From: Escherichia coli
GTDB taxonomy: Bacteria; Pseudomonadota; Gammaproteobacteria; Enterobacterales; Enterobacteriaceae
Length of the DNA: 64,000 nt
NCBI RefSeq assembly: GCF_009931435.1
Contig: NZ_CP043414.1
Reading direction: 5' to 3' (one strand)
Shown here: in pieces, positions 37,403 through 47,887 of the stretch
How the letters are laid out: every line of letters starts with the position of its first letter
Numbering within the stretch: the stretch's first letter is position 1
Program-made: the position numbers and the translations under genes
The notes under the pieces: model-generated
Databases searched by the model: none
Seen by the model: only the letters and a program-made list of their open reading frames with translations
What the model was told of the DNA's origin: nothing

Positions 37403-37696
37403 TTAAAAGAAGAAGAAAATCAGCCCGACAATGAGAACAATATCGGCAAGCAAAGGGCAAAAAATCCCTTGCCAGAGAACCTTCTGCGGACGAAAGCCCA
37501 CGCCGTGAATAACACCAGCACAGACGGCCCACATCAGCAATAAACCATGCCAGATTTCCAGTTCACTGGTCTTCGCGGCGAAACGTGACGGGTCCCAAAA
37601 CATACATCCTGCTAACAGAAGCGCCATCACGAAGGAAAGCGCCCGCAGGGGGCGCTTGTCCATTACCGCATACAAGGTTGCGATAATCTTACTCAT
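37403..37696 (-). CDS. ybgE: small inner membrane protein YbgE
   Basis: 97 aa ORF; start codon overlaps cydX stop. Confidence 0.88.
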   Translation of the reverse strand: MSKIIATLYAVMDKRPLRALSFVMALLLAGCMFWDPSRFAAKTSELEIWHGLLLMWAVCAGVIHGVGFRPQKVLWQGIFCPLLADIVLIVGLIFFFF

Positions 37697-37809
37697 CAGA
37701 TGTCTTCTTGACCGGCTTTGCCTGATTCGACGTGCTCAAGCGCCAGCGCGGTGATTACCCCAAACGAACAGGCAAGAAGCGTTCCCAGAATCCATGCGAA
37801 ATACCACAT
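37696..37809 (-). CDS. cydX: cytochrome bd-I accessory subunit CydX (37 aa)
   Basis: Not in ORF track (<60 aa); minus strand reads MWYFAWILGTLLACSFGVITALALEHVESGKAGQEDI. Confidence 0.9.
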   Translation of the reverse strand: MWYFAWILGTLLACSFGVITALALEHVESGKAGQEDI

Positions 37810-37823
37810 TTTTAGCTCCTTAC

Positions 37824-38963
37824 TTAGTACAGAGAGTGGGTGTTACGTTCAATATCTTCTTTGGTGATACGACCGAACATTTTCCAGTAGCACCAGGCGG
37901 TGTAGAGCAGAATGATCGGTACCAGAACCACCGCAACCCAGGTCATGACGTTAAGCGTCAGCTGGCTGGAAGTTGCATCCCACATTGTCAGACTTGCGTT
38001 CATCATGGTGCTGGACGGCATCACAAACGGGAACATTGCAATACCGGCAGTCAGGATGATGCAGGCCAGCGTCAGGGAGGAGAACACAAACGCCCACGCC
38101 GCTTTATCCATACGTGCAGTCAGAATGGTCAGCAGAGGCAGAACCACACCCAGTACCGGAATAGCCCACAGAATCGGCGTATTGTTGAAGTTCACCAACC
38201 ATGCGCCAGCTTCACGAACCACTTCTTTATTCAGCGGGTTAGATGCCGCGTAATGGTCCATTGTTGATTTCACAACATAACCATCGATACCGTACATCAC
38301 CCATACGCCAGCCAGTGCGAAGCAGACCAGTGTCACCAGTGCCGCCACCTGAGCCGTTGCACGGGTACGCAGGTGCAGTTCGCCCACGGTACGCATCTGC
38401 AGATAGGTTGCGCCCTGAGTAATGATCATCCCTACGCTCACCACGCCAGCCAGCAGGCCGAACGGGTTAAGCAGCTGGAAGAAGTTACCGGTGTAGTACA
38501 GACGCAGATATTCATCCACGTTGAACGGTACGCCCTGCAACAGGTTACCAAACGCCACGCCAATCACCAGCGGCGGAACGAAGCTACCAATGAAGATGCC
38601 CCAGTCCCACATGTTACGCCAGCGGGTTTCTTCAATCTTGGAGCGGTAGTCAAAACCGACCGGACGGAAGAACAGAGACGCCAGCACGAGGATCATCGCC
38701 ACATAGAAGCCGGAGAACGCAGCGGCATAGACCATCGGCCAGGCAGCAAACAGAGCGCCACCCGCAGTGATCAGCCATACCTGGTTACCGTCCCAGTGTG
38801 GTGCGATGGAGTTAATCATAATTCGACGCTCGGTGTCGTTACGACCGAGGAAACGGGTGAGCATGCCCACCCCCATGTCGAAACCGTCAGTGACTGCAAA
38901 ACCAATCAGCAGAACGCCAACCAGCAGCCACCAGATAAAACGCAATACTTCATAATCGATCAT
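37824..38963 (-). CDS. cydB: cytochrome bd-I ubiquinol oxidase subunit II
   Basis: 379 aa membrane ORF. Confidence 0.95.
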   Translation of the reverse strand: MIDYEVLRFIWWLLVGVLLIGFAVTDGFDMGVGMLTRFLGRNDTERRIMINSIAPHWDGNQVWLITAGGALFAAWPMVYAAAFSGFYVAMILVLASLFFRPVGFDYRSKIEETRWRNMWDWGIFIGSFVPPLVIGVAFGNLLQGVPFNVDEYLRLYYTGNFFQLLNPFGLLAGVVSVGMIITQGATYLQMRTVGELHLRTRATAQVAALVTLVCFALAGVWVMYGIDGYVVKSTMDHYAASNPLNKEVVREAGAWLVNFNNTPILWAIPVLGVVLPLLTILTARMDKAAWAFVFSSLTLACIILTAGIAMFPFVMPSSTMMNASLTMWDATSSQLTLNVMTWVAVVLVPIILLYTAWCYWKMFGRITKEDIERNTHSLY

Positions 38964-38978
38964 TTGACGACTCCTGTC

Positions 38979-40547
38979 TTAGCGTGCCGGCTGAGTAGTC
39001 GTGGAAGACTGCTCAAAGTGATAGCGACCGGTTTTCAGGCTGCTTGGGCCGAGGCGTGCAAACTTGAACATCAAGAACAATTCTGCCACCAGGAACAGGG
39101 TATACAGGCCACAAATCAGCACCATCGAGAAGATGAGGTCGCCTGCGGTCAGTGACGAGTTCGCTACAGCTGTCGGCAGCACTTCACCGATAGCCCAAGG
39201 TTGGCGACCATATTCAGCCACGAACCAGCCCGCTTCTACAGCAATCCACGGCAACGGAATACCGTACAATGCAGCGCGCAGCAGCCATTTTTTCTCGCCA
39301 ATACGGTTGCGGATGACACTCCAGAAAGAGAGCGCGATGATTGCCAGCAGCAGGAAGCCACACGCCACCATGATACGGAACGCGAAGTACAGCGGCGCTA
39401 CACGTGGAATGGAGTCTTTGGTTGCCTGTTGAATCTGCGCTTCAGTCGCATCCGCCACGTTTGGCGTGTAGCGTTTCAGCAACAGACCGTAACCGAGGTC
39501 TTTCTTCATGCTATTGAACTGGTCACGAACCGCCTGGTCAGTAGAACCAGAACGCAGTTGCTCGAGCAGAGAGTACGCCTTCATCCCGTTACGGATGCGT
39601 TCTTCATGCTGCACCATCAGCTCTTTCAGGCCGATAACCGGGGTATCCACGGAACGCGTTGCAATGATGCCCAGCGCGTAAGGGATCTGGATCGCAAATT
39701 TGTTCGTCTCCTCTTCCTGATCAGGAATGCCGAACAGAGTAAAGGCAGCAGGTGCAGGTTGCGTTTCCCACTCGGCTTCAATAGCAGCCAGTTTGGTTTT
39801 CTGCACGTCGCCCATTTCATAACCGGATTCATCACCCAGAACAATAACAGACAGAACGGCAGCCATACCGAAGCTGGCAGCGATAGCAAAGGAGCGTTTA
39901 GCAAAGGCGAAGTCACGACCTTTCAGCATATACCATGCGCTGATACCGAGGATGAACATCGCGCCAGTCACATAACCAGACGCTACCGTGTGAACGAATT
40001 TCACCTGAGCAACCGGGTTAAGCACCAGCTCGGAGAAGCTCACCATCTCCATACGCATAGTTTCAAAGTTGAAATCGGATGCGATTGGGTTTTGCATCCA
40101 GCCGTTCGCAACCAGAATCCACAGTGCGGACAGGTTTGAACCAAGCGCCACCAGCCAGGTGACACACATATGCTGAACTTTACCCAGACGATCCCAACCG
40201 AAGAAGAACAGACCTACAAAGGTGGATTCGAGGAAGAAGGCCATCAGACCTTCGATTGCCAGCGGCGCGCCGAAAATATCCCCTACATAGTGGGAATAGT
40301 AAGACCAGTTAGTCCCGAACTGGAACTCCATGGTCAGACCGGTTGCCACACCCAGAGCGAAGTTGATACCAAACAACTTGCCCCAGAACTTGGTCATATC
40401 TTTATAAATCTGTTTGCCGGAAAGGACGTAGACCGTTTCCATAATGGCCAGCAGGAACGCCATACCGAGCGTCAGTGGCACAAAAAGGAAGTGGTACATC
40501 GCGGTCAAGGCAAACTGTAAGCGCGACAGTTCGACTATATCTAACAT
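38979..40547 (-). CDS. cydA: cytochrome bd-I ubiquinol oxidase subunit I
   Basis: ORF 523 aa; second Met gives 522 aa. Confidence 0.95.
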
Positions 40548-40883
40548 CATGACTCCTTGCTCATCGCATGAAGACTCCGAGAGTGAACCCCGTTAGAAAG
40601 GGTCACACGCATGCCCCAATACAAAATTATTTGCTCGCCTCTATCGCTGCCTTTTCCTCAAAAGTGGAAAAGACAATGATAAAAAGTTACAAATATGTTA
40701 ATGAATAAACCAAATTGATCCCGTAATTATATTACGCCGCAAAATCCTTACAATAAACAGGTTTTTATTGAGCAAATTTGCATTTTTCGACAGTGATCAA
40801 TTTATAGCGAAATTGTCACGACCTCACCAATTTGATCTACGACAATTTATCGTGTTTTGCAGATTTTTTTCAAGAATTAAAAA

Positions 40884-40897
40884 TTGATTTATATCAA
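40884..40897. promoter_or_regulatory. FNR-type box in cydAB upstream region
   Basis: ttgatttatatcaa is an exact TTGAT-N4-ATCAA palindrome, about 340 bp upstream of cydA. Confidence 0.5.
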
Positions 40898-41272
40898 AAC
40901 CAATCAAATATGTTAATTATGTATAAACCATAGACCATTGGTAATTTTATTGTTAATTTATTGTGAAATATTTATGTAACACAATTATTACAATAAAAAG
41001 ACATAGATAAAAAACCAGTGTTTTATTTAACAGAATCGCCTTATCAACTTTTTATAATACCAATTGATTAGAGTAGCCAATTTGTTGCTATTTTACATAA
41101 CATATTTTTATCAAAGTTAATTGATTGTTGCCTTTATGAGCATCGCCGTAAGACCGCCATGTTATTGTTTCATTTGTAATAATCACCAATAAGTATCGAT
41201 GAGAGAGATATCGCTTAACAGAGGCGACTGTGTCTGCATGAACACAGGCAACTTTCGCCTGATAAACGAAAA

Positions 41273-42295
41273 ATGAGCGATTTTTGCAAGTTAGTTTTTC
41301 TATTGCCGGGTACGCTGAGCGCCTCGCTTGATTACAATGAGGTTGCTGCCATGGGTCTTGATAATATAGGTTCTGTTGTCAATCGCTTCTCTGGTTGGCC
41401 ATCAAATGATCCTCTAAAAACAGATAACGAATCAATGACATCACCCGTGACTGTGCAGGTAATAAAGTTGATTGCCGCCATCCTTGACCCACATCGGATA
41501 GTCGTTGGTATCGATACACTTTATACAACGCAGCGCAAAACATTTACCTCAGAGGGTCAACAACTCATTGAATCAGCATTGAAAACACTTAATGTGATGA
41601 ATTTAAATAACCTGGAAACAGATCGTGATGAGGAGGGTAACTATCTGGCTTTTGGATATAACGTTGACACTCCTGACAGAATAACCGTTTCTGCTTATAA
41701 TGAAAAAAAACCTTTCTGTTATGGCCAATGTCTTTTAATACAGGATGAAGAACCAGATTTATTTAACCTGGTAAAAATTAAAACCTTTGAAGCCAGGCAT
41801 AATTATGTTTCTAAATTGATGAGCGATCCGGAATTTATGTTTAAATTCAGTTATAGCGCCCAACAAAATAGATTAGAACCTCATCTTCTGGTTCCCACTT
41901 ATTTCCCTCTGAAAACAAACCAACCGGTTACGCTAGAGGATGTACTGATACTTTATCGTTTCTTTAAAATGAATGGCGATTTTAATATATTAACATCAGA
42001 TGAATACATGAGTATCATGACACCTCTGATGAAGTGTGAGCGTAGTATCCACGACCATAACAGGTATGTGACGGGCAAAGATGCTCTTCTTCTGGACAAT
42101 CCTCCGTCTGGTAACCAGATATATTTCCATATTTCCCCTGACGAATCAGCAACACTTGTCCTTTATTTTTCAGACAATAACCTTGAATCCTTCGTCTTTG
42201 AAAATGATATTCCGAGCCAGTATCGACATTTCAAAATGTTTACCAATTTAGCACTAGTTATTGATCAGTTAACCGACGCCAATCAAATACTTTAA
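41273..42295 (+). CDS. hypothetical protein, no recognisable family, low-GC gene
   Basis: 340-codon ORF in about 33 percent GC DNA; no Shine-Dalgarno at first ATG; alternative start ATG 41351 has GAGG 9 nt upstream. Confidence 0.6.
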   Translation: MSDFCKLVFLLPGTLSASLDYNEVAAMGLDNIGSVVNRFSGWPSNDPLKTDNESMTSPVTVQVIKLIAAILDPHRIVVGIDTLYTTQRKTFTSEGQQLIESALKTLNVMNLNNLETDRDEEGNYLAFGYNVDTPDRITVSAYNEKKPFCYGQCLLIQDEEPDLFNLVKIKTFEARHNYVSKLMSDPEFMFKFSYSAQQNRLEPHLLVPTYFPLKTNQPVTLEDVLILYRFFKMNGDFNILTSDEYMSIMTPLMKCERSIHDHNRYVTGKDALLLDNPPSGNQIYFHISPDESATLVLYFSDNNLESFVFENDIPSQYRHFKMFTNLALVIDQLTDANQIL

Positions 42296-42374
42296 TTTTC
42301 TATACAGCCCTGTGTAAAATATTGCTAAACAGTGCCCGGGGTTGATTTTTATTCCTCACGGTGATATTTAAATC

Positions 42375-42797
42375 ATGACACCATCTCAGCTCTCTTTTAA
42401 TACTCTTCCTGTCAATGCAACATGCACTTCAGAGATAACAGTAAACACACAAAAATTCTCTGACATCCTCTACTCAGTGGGGTATTCCCTAAAGGATCTG
42501 GCTTATCTGAGCAGATGTCTGGCATCATTACACCCGACACTCGCCAAAAACATTTATGAAACGGAAAATCTCAGCGATCAAAAATTACTTTATATAGATT
42601 GCCGTAGTACAAATGAAATCAAGATAAATATCTTTTTGGGTCAAAAAAGAGAAGAATTAATCGAAATTAGTTCTGATACAGTCATTTTTTCGATACTGTC
42701 TTCATTGATTGACTCAGTTATTTCTGAACATCGACATCAAATCCCCGTTAACGATTCAAATAATTCTGAACTATTTTATGAGGATTATACTGATTAA
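42375..42797 (+). CDS. hypothetical small acidic protein, no recognisable family
   Basis: 140 aa ORF, same strand, 79 bp downstream of the 340 aa ORF, AT-rich, acidic C-terminus (ELFYEDYTD). Confidence 0.55.
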   Translation: MTPSQLSFNTLPVNATCTSEITVNTQKFSDILYSVGYSLKDLAYLSRCLASLHPTLAKNIYETENLSDQKLLYIDCRSTNEIKINIFLGQKREELIEISSDTVIFSILSSLIDSVISEHRHQIPVNDSNNSELFYEDYTD

Positions 42798-43341
42798 ATC
42801 CACTCTGTACGAACCTGTCCTGCATTTATGCCAGAAGTATTAGAATCTTTGCTTAACGTTACTCATACAGTAGCACCTTCATGTGCCTCTCTTTTTTACG
42901 AAAAATCAAAAGAGCTAACAAAAGTCATTCTTCGCATGAATCATTAATTATTTGTTATTTTCAACATTATTTTTACATTAAGCATATATGAATTGCAGTG
43001 AAATTCGACTTAACTTTTATGAAATGCATTTACTCATGGCTAAAGCCACGTCACAAAAATGCAAATTAGAAGTTGATCACAATTATCTCAATCCATCAAA
43101 TCAAGTTAATTTTAAAAATTTAACATCCATGACATTAGTTGACATAACACGCTGAATTAAAATGAGAATTTAAAAAAACACTTTAAACAATCATTTCCCG
43201 AAAGACATTTTGAAAATAGATCAATTGCAACATTACGGTCAGATAAAGACACTCCTCTGATATTAAACCTGTGCCGTTATGAACGGCCATAAATACGACG
43301 TGTGTAACTTAATTTACTCTCTGTCTTACAAAGGATTACCC

Positions 43342-43791
43342 ATGAAGAAAGCAACACTTGTGATTGGCGTTATTGGCGCGGACTGCCATGCAGTAGGCAA
43401 TAAAGTTCTGGACCGCGTTTTTAGCAACCATGACTTCAGAGTCATTAATCTGGGCGTAATGGTCAGCCAGGACGAATATATTGATGCTGCCATTGAAACT
43501 GGCGCTGACGCGATTGTCGTCTCCTCTATCTATGGGCATGGCGATATCGATTGTCTGGGCATGCGCGAACGCTGCATCGAGCGTGGGCTGGGTAACATCC
43601 TGCTCTATGTGGGCGGTAACCTGGTGGTCGGAAAACATGACTTCGCTGACGTGGAAACCAAGTTCAAAGAGATGGGATTTGATCGCGTCTTTTCCCCAAG
43701 TCATGACTTAGAAGATGTTTGTCAGCTGATGGCCCACGATATCAACCAACGTCATGACGTTGATACTCGCATTCTTGAAGAGGCAATCTGA
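43342..43791 (+). CDS. glutamate mutase sigma subunit (B12-binding subunit)
   Basis: ORF 43279-43791; start placed at ATG 43342 after AAAGGA; [18 protein letters not shown] resembles the clostridial MutS/GlmS cobalamin-binding motif. Confidence 0.88.
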   Translation: MKKATLVIGVIGADCHAVGNKVLDRVFSNHDFRVINLGVMVSQDEYIDAAIETGADAIVVSSIYGHGDIDCLGMRERCIERGLGNILLYVGGNLVVGKHDFADVETKFKEMGFDRVFSPSHDLEDVCQLMAHDINQRHDVDTRILEEAI

Positions 43792-45179
43792 TGCAAATCG
43801 TCTCTGTCGATATTGGATCGACGTGGACCAAAGCAGCCCTCTTCACCCGGGAGGGGGACGCGTTAACGTTGGTTAACCACGTTCTGACCCCAACCACCAC
43901 CCATCATCTGGCGAAGGGGTTTTTCTCCAGCCTGGACCAGGTGTTAAACGTAGATGATGCCCTCCCCCTGTTAAACAGTGGTGAGGTTGCATTGAAGTAT
44001 TCCTCCTCTGCCAAAGGTGGGCTGGCGGTTGCCGCAATGGGAATAGTGCCTTCTATCACTCTGGAAACCGCGAAAGTAACCGCTCACTCTGCGGGTGCTA
44101 AAATTGCGCAATATTACGCCTACAAGCTGAACCGCCGTGATATCCAGGCACTGGAAGAAACGCAGCCCGATATTCTCTTGTTCACCGGCGGCACCGACGG
44201 CGGAGAAGAAAGCTACGGACTGAATAACGCCCGTGTGCTGGCAGAATCCAAACTCGACTGCGCCATTATTTATGCCGGAAACCGGGATATTCAGGACAAG
44301 GTGCAGGAGATCCTCGGGCATAAAGACCTGACCATCGTCGACAACGTTCTGCCCGATCTTGACCATCCGAACCCTTTAGCTGCACGCCAGGCTATCTGCG
44401 ACATATTCCTTAAACGCATCGTTAAAGGGAAAGGGCTGGATGTCATTGTTGATAAAACAGGCGAAGAACCAATGCCGACACCATGGACGGTCTTTGAACT
44501 GGTTAAGGCAATCAGTAACGTCGATCACAGCTGGAAAGAGTTCATGCTGATCGACATGGGCGGCGCAACCACCGATGTCTATTCCGCCTGTGCCAACACG
44601 CTCTCGCCCGACACTGTTTTACATGGCGTACCGGAACCCTTCGTAAAACGGACGGTGGAAGGCGATCTGGGAATGCGCGTCTCGGCAATGGTGGTTGGTG
44701 AAAGTGCGAAAGAGTTAGTCAGTGTGAATTTTGCTCAGCAACCCGCACAGTTGGACGCTTTTTATCATTACCTCCGTCATCTAGTCGCTCATCCCGACTA
44801 CTTACCCGCGAATGCAGATGAAAAATATTTCGATACCGTCCTGGCCGGACTGTGTGTGGGTTATGCCACCGAAAGACATGCGGGCACCAAAAAAGAGGTC
44901 TGCACCTGCGTCGGCAATGTCGATTTACAGATGGGACGTGACCTGACAACCGTGCGTAAAGTCGTGGGTTCCGGCGGATGGCTCTCGCGTGCCAGTCAGT
45001 TCGATATGCATCACTGGTTGAAATACCGCGAGTTAAACGACGACGGTAAACGCATTCTCTTACCGACCGAATTTGAATATTACCGCGATTCCCGGGGGCT
45101 ATTACCACTGCTGGCAAACGTCGCCAGAGTCGATCCGCTGGCCGCCGCGCGCACCAGTATTCAATGCTTAACCCTATAA
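43791..45179 (+). CDS. glutamate mutase accessory protein MutL/GlmL-like
   Basis: 462 aa ORF starting [18 protein letters not shown] (ASKHA-like ATPase N-terminus); 1-nt overlap with upstream gene. Confidence 0.85.
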   Translation: MQIVSVDIGSTWTKAALFTREGDALTLVNHVLTPTTTHHLAKGFFSSLDQVLNVDDALPLLNSGEVALKYSSSAKGGLAVAAMGIVPSITLETAKVTAHSAGAKIAQYYAYKLNRRDIQALEETQPDILLFTGGTDGGEESYGLNNARVLAESKLDCAIIYAGNRDIQDKVQEILGHKDLTIVDNVLPDLDHPNPLAARQAICDIFLKRIVKGKGLDVIVDKTGEEPMPTPWTVFELVKAISNVDHSWKEFMLIDMGGATTDVYSACANTLSPDTVLHGVPEPFVKRTVEGDLGMRVSAMVVGESAKELVSVNFAQQPAQLDAFYHYLRHLVAHPDYLPANADEKYFDTVLAGLCVGYATERHAGTKKEVCTCVGNVDLQMGRDLTTVRKVVGSGGWLSRASQFDMHHWLKYRELNDDGKRILLPTEFEYYRDSRGLLPLLANVARVDPLAAARTSIQCLTL

Positions 45180-45197
45180 CAATTAAGGCTGCAATCA

Positions 45198-46643
45198 ATG
45201 GAACTTCGAAATAAGAAATTAACCCATGACGAATTCATGACCGAGCGGCAACAGGTATTGAAAACCTGGGAAACCGGCAAGGATGTTGAAAACTTTGAAG
45301 ATGGCGTTAAATACCAACAAACCATTCCTGAGCATAAACGCTTCTCTCTTGCCCTGCTGAAAGCAGACAAGGAAGGTAAAACCCTTAGCCAACCGCGCGC
45401 AGGCGTGGCGCTGATGGACGAACACATCGAACTACTGAAAACACTACAAGAAGAGTGCGATCTGCTGCCGAGCACTATCGATGCATATACCCGTCTGAAT
45501 CGGTACGAAGAAGCTGCTGTAGGGATTAAAAAATCCATCGAAGCCGGAACCTCTAAACTGAACGGTTTACCGGTAGTTAACCACGGCGTCGCAGCTTGCC
45601 GTCGCCTCACCGAAACTCTGCAAAAACCGCTACAGATCCGCCACGGCACGCCAGATGCGCGTCTGCTGGCTGAAATCTCGATGGCCAGCGGCTTTACCAG
45701 TTATGAAGGCGGCGGCATTTCCTACAATATTCCGTATGCCAAGCGCGTAACGCTGGAAAAATCGATCCGCGACTGGCAGTACTGCGATCGTTTAATGGGG
45801 ATGTACGAAGAACACGGGATCCGCATCAACCGCGAACCGTTTGGCCCACTAACGGGTACGCTGATCCCGCCGTTTATCTCGCACTCTATCGCAATAATCG
45901 AAGGCTTGCTGGCACTGGAACAGGGTGTGAAGTCTATCACCGTTGGTTATGGTCAGGTCGGTAGCCTGACGCAGGATGTTGCGGCGATCCAGTCTCTGCG
46001 GGAACTTGCACACGAATATTTTCAGAGCTATGGCTATACCGACTACGAATTAAGTACCGTGTTTCACCAGTGGATGGGAGGCTTTCCGGAGGACGAATCG
46101 AAAGCGTTCGCCATTATCTCCTGGGGTGCTGCAGTCGCGGGGATGTCTGGTGCTACCAAAGTCATCACCAAAAGTCCGCACGAAGCCTGGGGCATCCCGA
46201 CTGCTGCTGCCAACATTCAGGGGCTAAAAGCCTCCCGCCAGATGCTCAACATGGTCAACGAGCAGAAATTCCCGCCGTGCCCGGCGGTTGAACTAGAAAT
46301 TGAACTGATTAAGAGCGAGGTTCGCGCTGTACTGAACAAAGTGTTCGAACTGGGTAATGGTGATATTGCGCGCGGTACGGTGCTGGCATTTGAAGCGGGC
46401 GTACTGGATGTGCCGTTTGCACCAGCCGCCTGCAACGCGGGCAAAATTCTTCCGGTCCGTGACAACACCGGCGCGATACGCGTACTGGAAGCCGGAGCCG
46501 TTCCATTGCCAAAAGATATTCTCGACCTCCACCACGATTACGTTGCGGAACGCGCGCGCTTTGAAGGACGCCAACCGACATTCCAGATGGTTGTAGATGA
46601 CATCAATGCTGTATCCCACAGTAAATTAATAGGAAGACCATAA
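45198..46643 (+). CDS. glutamate mutase epsilon (catalytic) subunit
   Basis: 481 aa ORF, N-terminus MELRNKKLTHDEFMTERQQVLKTW resembles clostridial GlmE/MutE. Confidence 0.88.
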   Translation: MELRNKKLTHDEFMTERQQVLKTWETGKDVENFEDGVKYQQTIPEHKRFSLALLKADKEGKTLSQPRAGVALMDEHIELLKTLQEECDLLPSTIDAYTRLNRYEEAAVGIKKSIEAGTSKLNGLPVVNHGVAACRRLTETLQKPLQIRHGTPDARLLAEISMASGFTSYEGGGISYNIPYAKRVTLEKSIRDWQYCDRLMGMYEEHGIRINREPFGPLTGTLIPPFISHSIAIIEGLLALEQGVKSITVGYGQVGSLTQDVAAIQSLRELAHEYFQSYGYTDYELSTVFHQWMGGFPEDESKAFAIISWGAAVAGMSGATKVITKSPHEAWGIPTAAANIQGLKASRQMLNMVNEQKFPPCPAVELEIELIKSEVRAVLNKVFELGNGDIARGTVLAFEAGVLDVPFAPAACNAGKILPVRDNTGAIRVLEAGAVPLPKDILDLHHDYVAERARFEGRQPTFQMVVDDINAVSHSKLIGRP

Positions 46644-47884
46644 TGAAAATAAAACAGGCCCTTTTTACCGCTGGCTACTCCTCATTCTATTTCGATGATC
46701 AGCAGGCGATAAAAAACGGAGCGGGTCACGACGGCTTTTTCTACACCGGAGAGCCGGTAACACAGGGGTTTAACGCCGTACGTCAGGCCGGGGAGTGCGT
46801 TTCGGTTCAGTTGATTCTGGAAAACGGTGCGGTCGCCGTAGGTGACTGTGCTGCCGTACAGTATTCCGGGGCAGGCGGTCGCGATCCACTGTTCCTCGCA
46901 GAGCACTTTATTCCGTTCCTCAACGACCATATCAAGCCATTACTGGTAGGCCGCGATGTGGATGCTTTCCTGCCGAATGCCCGTTTCTTCGACAAATTGC
47001 GTATTGACGGCAACTTGCTGCATACCGCCGTACGTTACGGATTATCACAGGCGCTGCTTGATGCTACCGCGCTGGCAACCGGCCGTCTGAAAACTGAAGT
47101 GGTCTGTGATGAATGGCAGTTGCCACGCGTGGCGGAATCCATTCCATTATTTGGTCAGAGCGGCGACGATCGATATATCGCCGTCGATAAGATGATCCTT
47201 AAGGGCATCGACGTGCTGCCCCATGCGCTGATTAATAACGTCGAAGAGAAACTGGGCTTTAAAGGTGAAAAACTGCGCGAATATGTCCGCTGGTTGTCAG
47301 ATCGCATTCTGAGCAAGCGCACCAGCGCACGCTACCACCCTACCCTGCACATCGATGTATACGGCACTATCGGTCTGATCTTCGATATGGATCCGCTTCG
47401 CTGTGCGCAATACATCGCCAGTCTGGAAAAAGAGGCGCAAGGCCTGCCGCTCTACATTGAGGGGCCGGTCGATGCCGGTAACAAGCCCGATCAAATCCGC
47501 CTGCTGACCGCGATTACCAAAGAGCTGACGCGCCTCGGTTCCGGCGTGAAAATCGTGGCCGATGAATGGTGTAACACCTACCAGGATATTGTTGATTTCA
47601 CTGATGCCGCCAGTTGCCACATGGTGCAAATCAAAACCCCGGATCTGGGCAGTATTCACAACATCGTCGATGCAGTTCTTTATTGCAACAGCCACAGCAT
47701 GGAAGCGTACCAGGGCGGCACCTGCAATGAAACTGATGTCAGTGCCCGCACCTGTGTCCACGTCGCCCTTGCTGCTCGCCCCATGCGTATGCTGGTAAAA
47801 CCAGGGATGGGCTTTGACGAAGGCCTCGATATCGTCTTCAACGAAATGAATCGTACTATCGCGCTGTTGCAGGCTAAGGATTAA
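46643..47884 (+). CDS. 3-methylaspartate ammonia-lyase
   Basis: 413 aa ORF, N-terminus MKIKQALFTAGYSSFYFDDQQAIKNGAGHDGFFYTGEPVTQGF is a close match to remembered methylaspartase (enolase superfamily). Confidence 0.88.
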   Translation: MKIKQALFTAGYSSFYFDDQQAIKNGAGHDGFFYTGEPVTQGFNAVRQAGECVSVQLILENGAVAVGDCAAVQYSGAGGRDPLFLAEHFIPFLNDHIKPLLVGRDVDAFLPNARFFDKLRIDGNLLHTAVRYGLSQALLDATALATGRLKTEVVCDEWQLPRVAESIPLFGQSGDDRYIAVDKMILKGIDVLPHALINNVEEKLGFKGEKLREYVRWLSDRILSKRTSARYHPTLHIDVYGTIGLIFDMDPLRCAQYIASLEKEAQGLPLYIEGPVDAGNKPDQIRLLTAITKELTRLGSGVKIVADEWCNTYQDIVDFTDAASCHMVQIKTPDLGSIHNIVDAVLYCNSHSMEAYQGGTCNETDVSARTCVHVALAARPMRMLVKPGMGFDEGLDIVFNEMNRTIALLQAKD

Positions 47885-47887
47885 CAA

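Noticed and set aside
38373-40139. 260 aa and 312 aa plus-strand ORFs
   Set aside because: Antisense to cydB and cydA, which are conserved full-length membrane proteins; no ribosome-binding sites.
42800-43340. Possible cobalamin riboswitch upstream of the B12-dependent mutase operon
   Set aside because: No B12-box-like conserved core or GC-rich stems visible in this AT-rich stretch; cannot be supported without a covariance-model scan.
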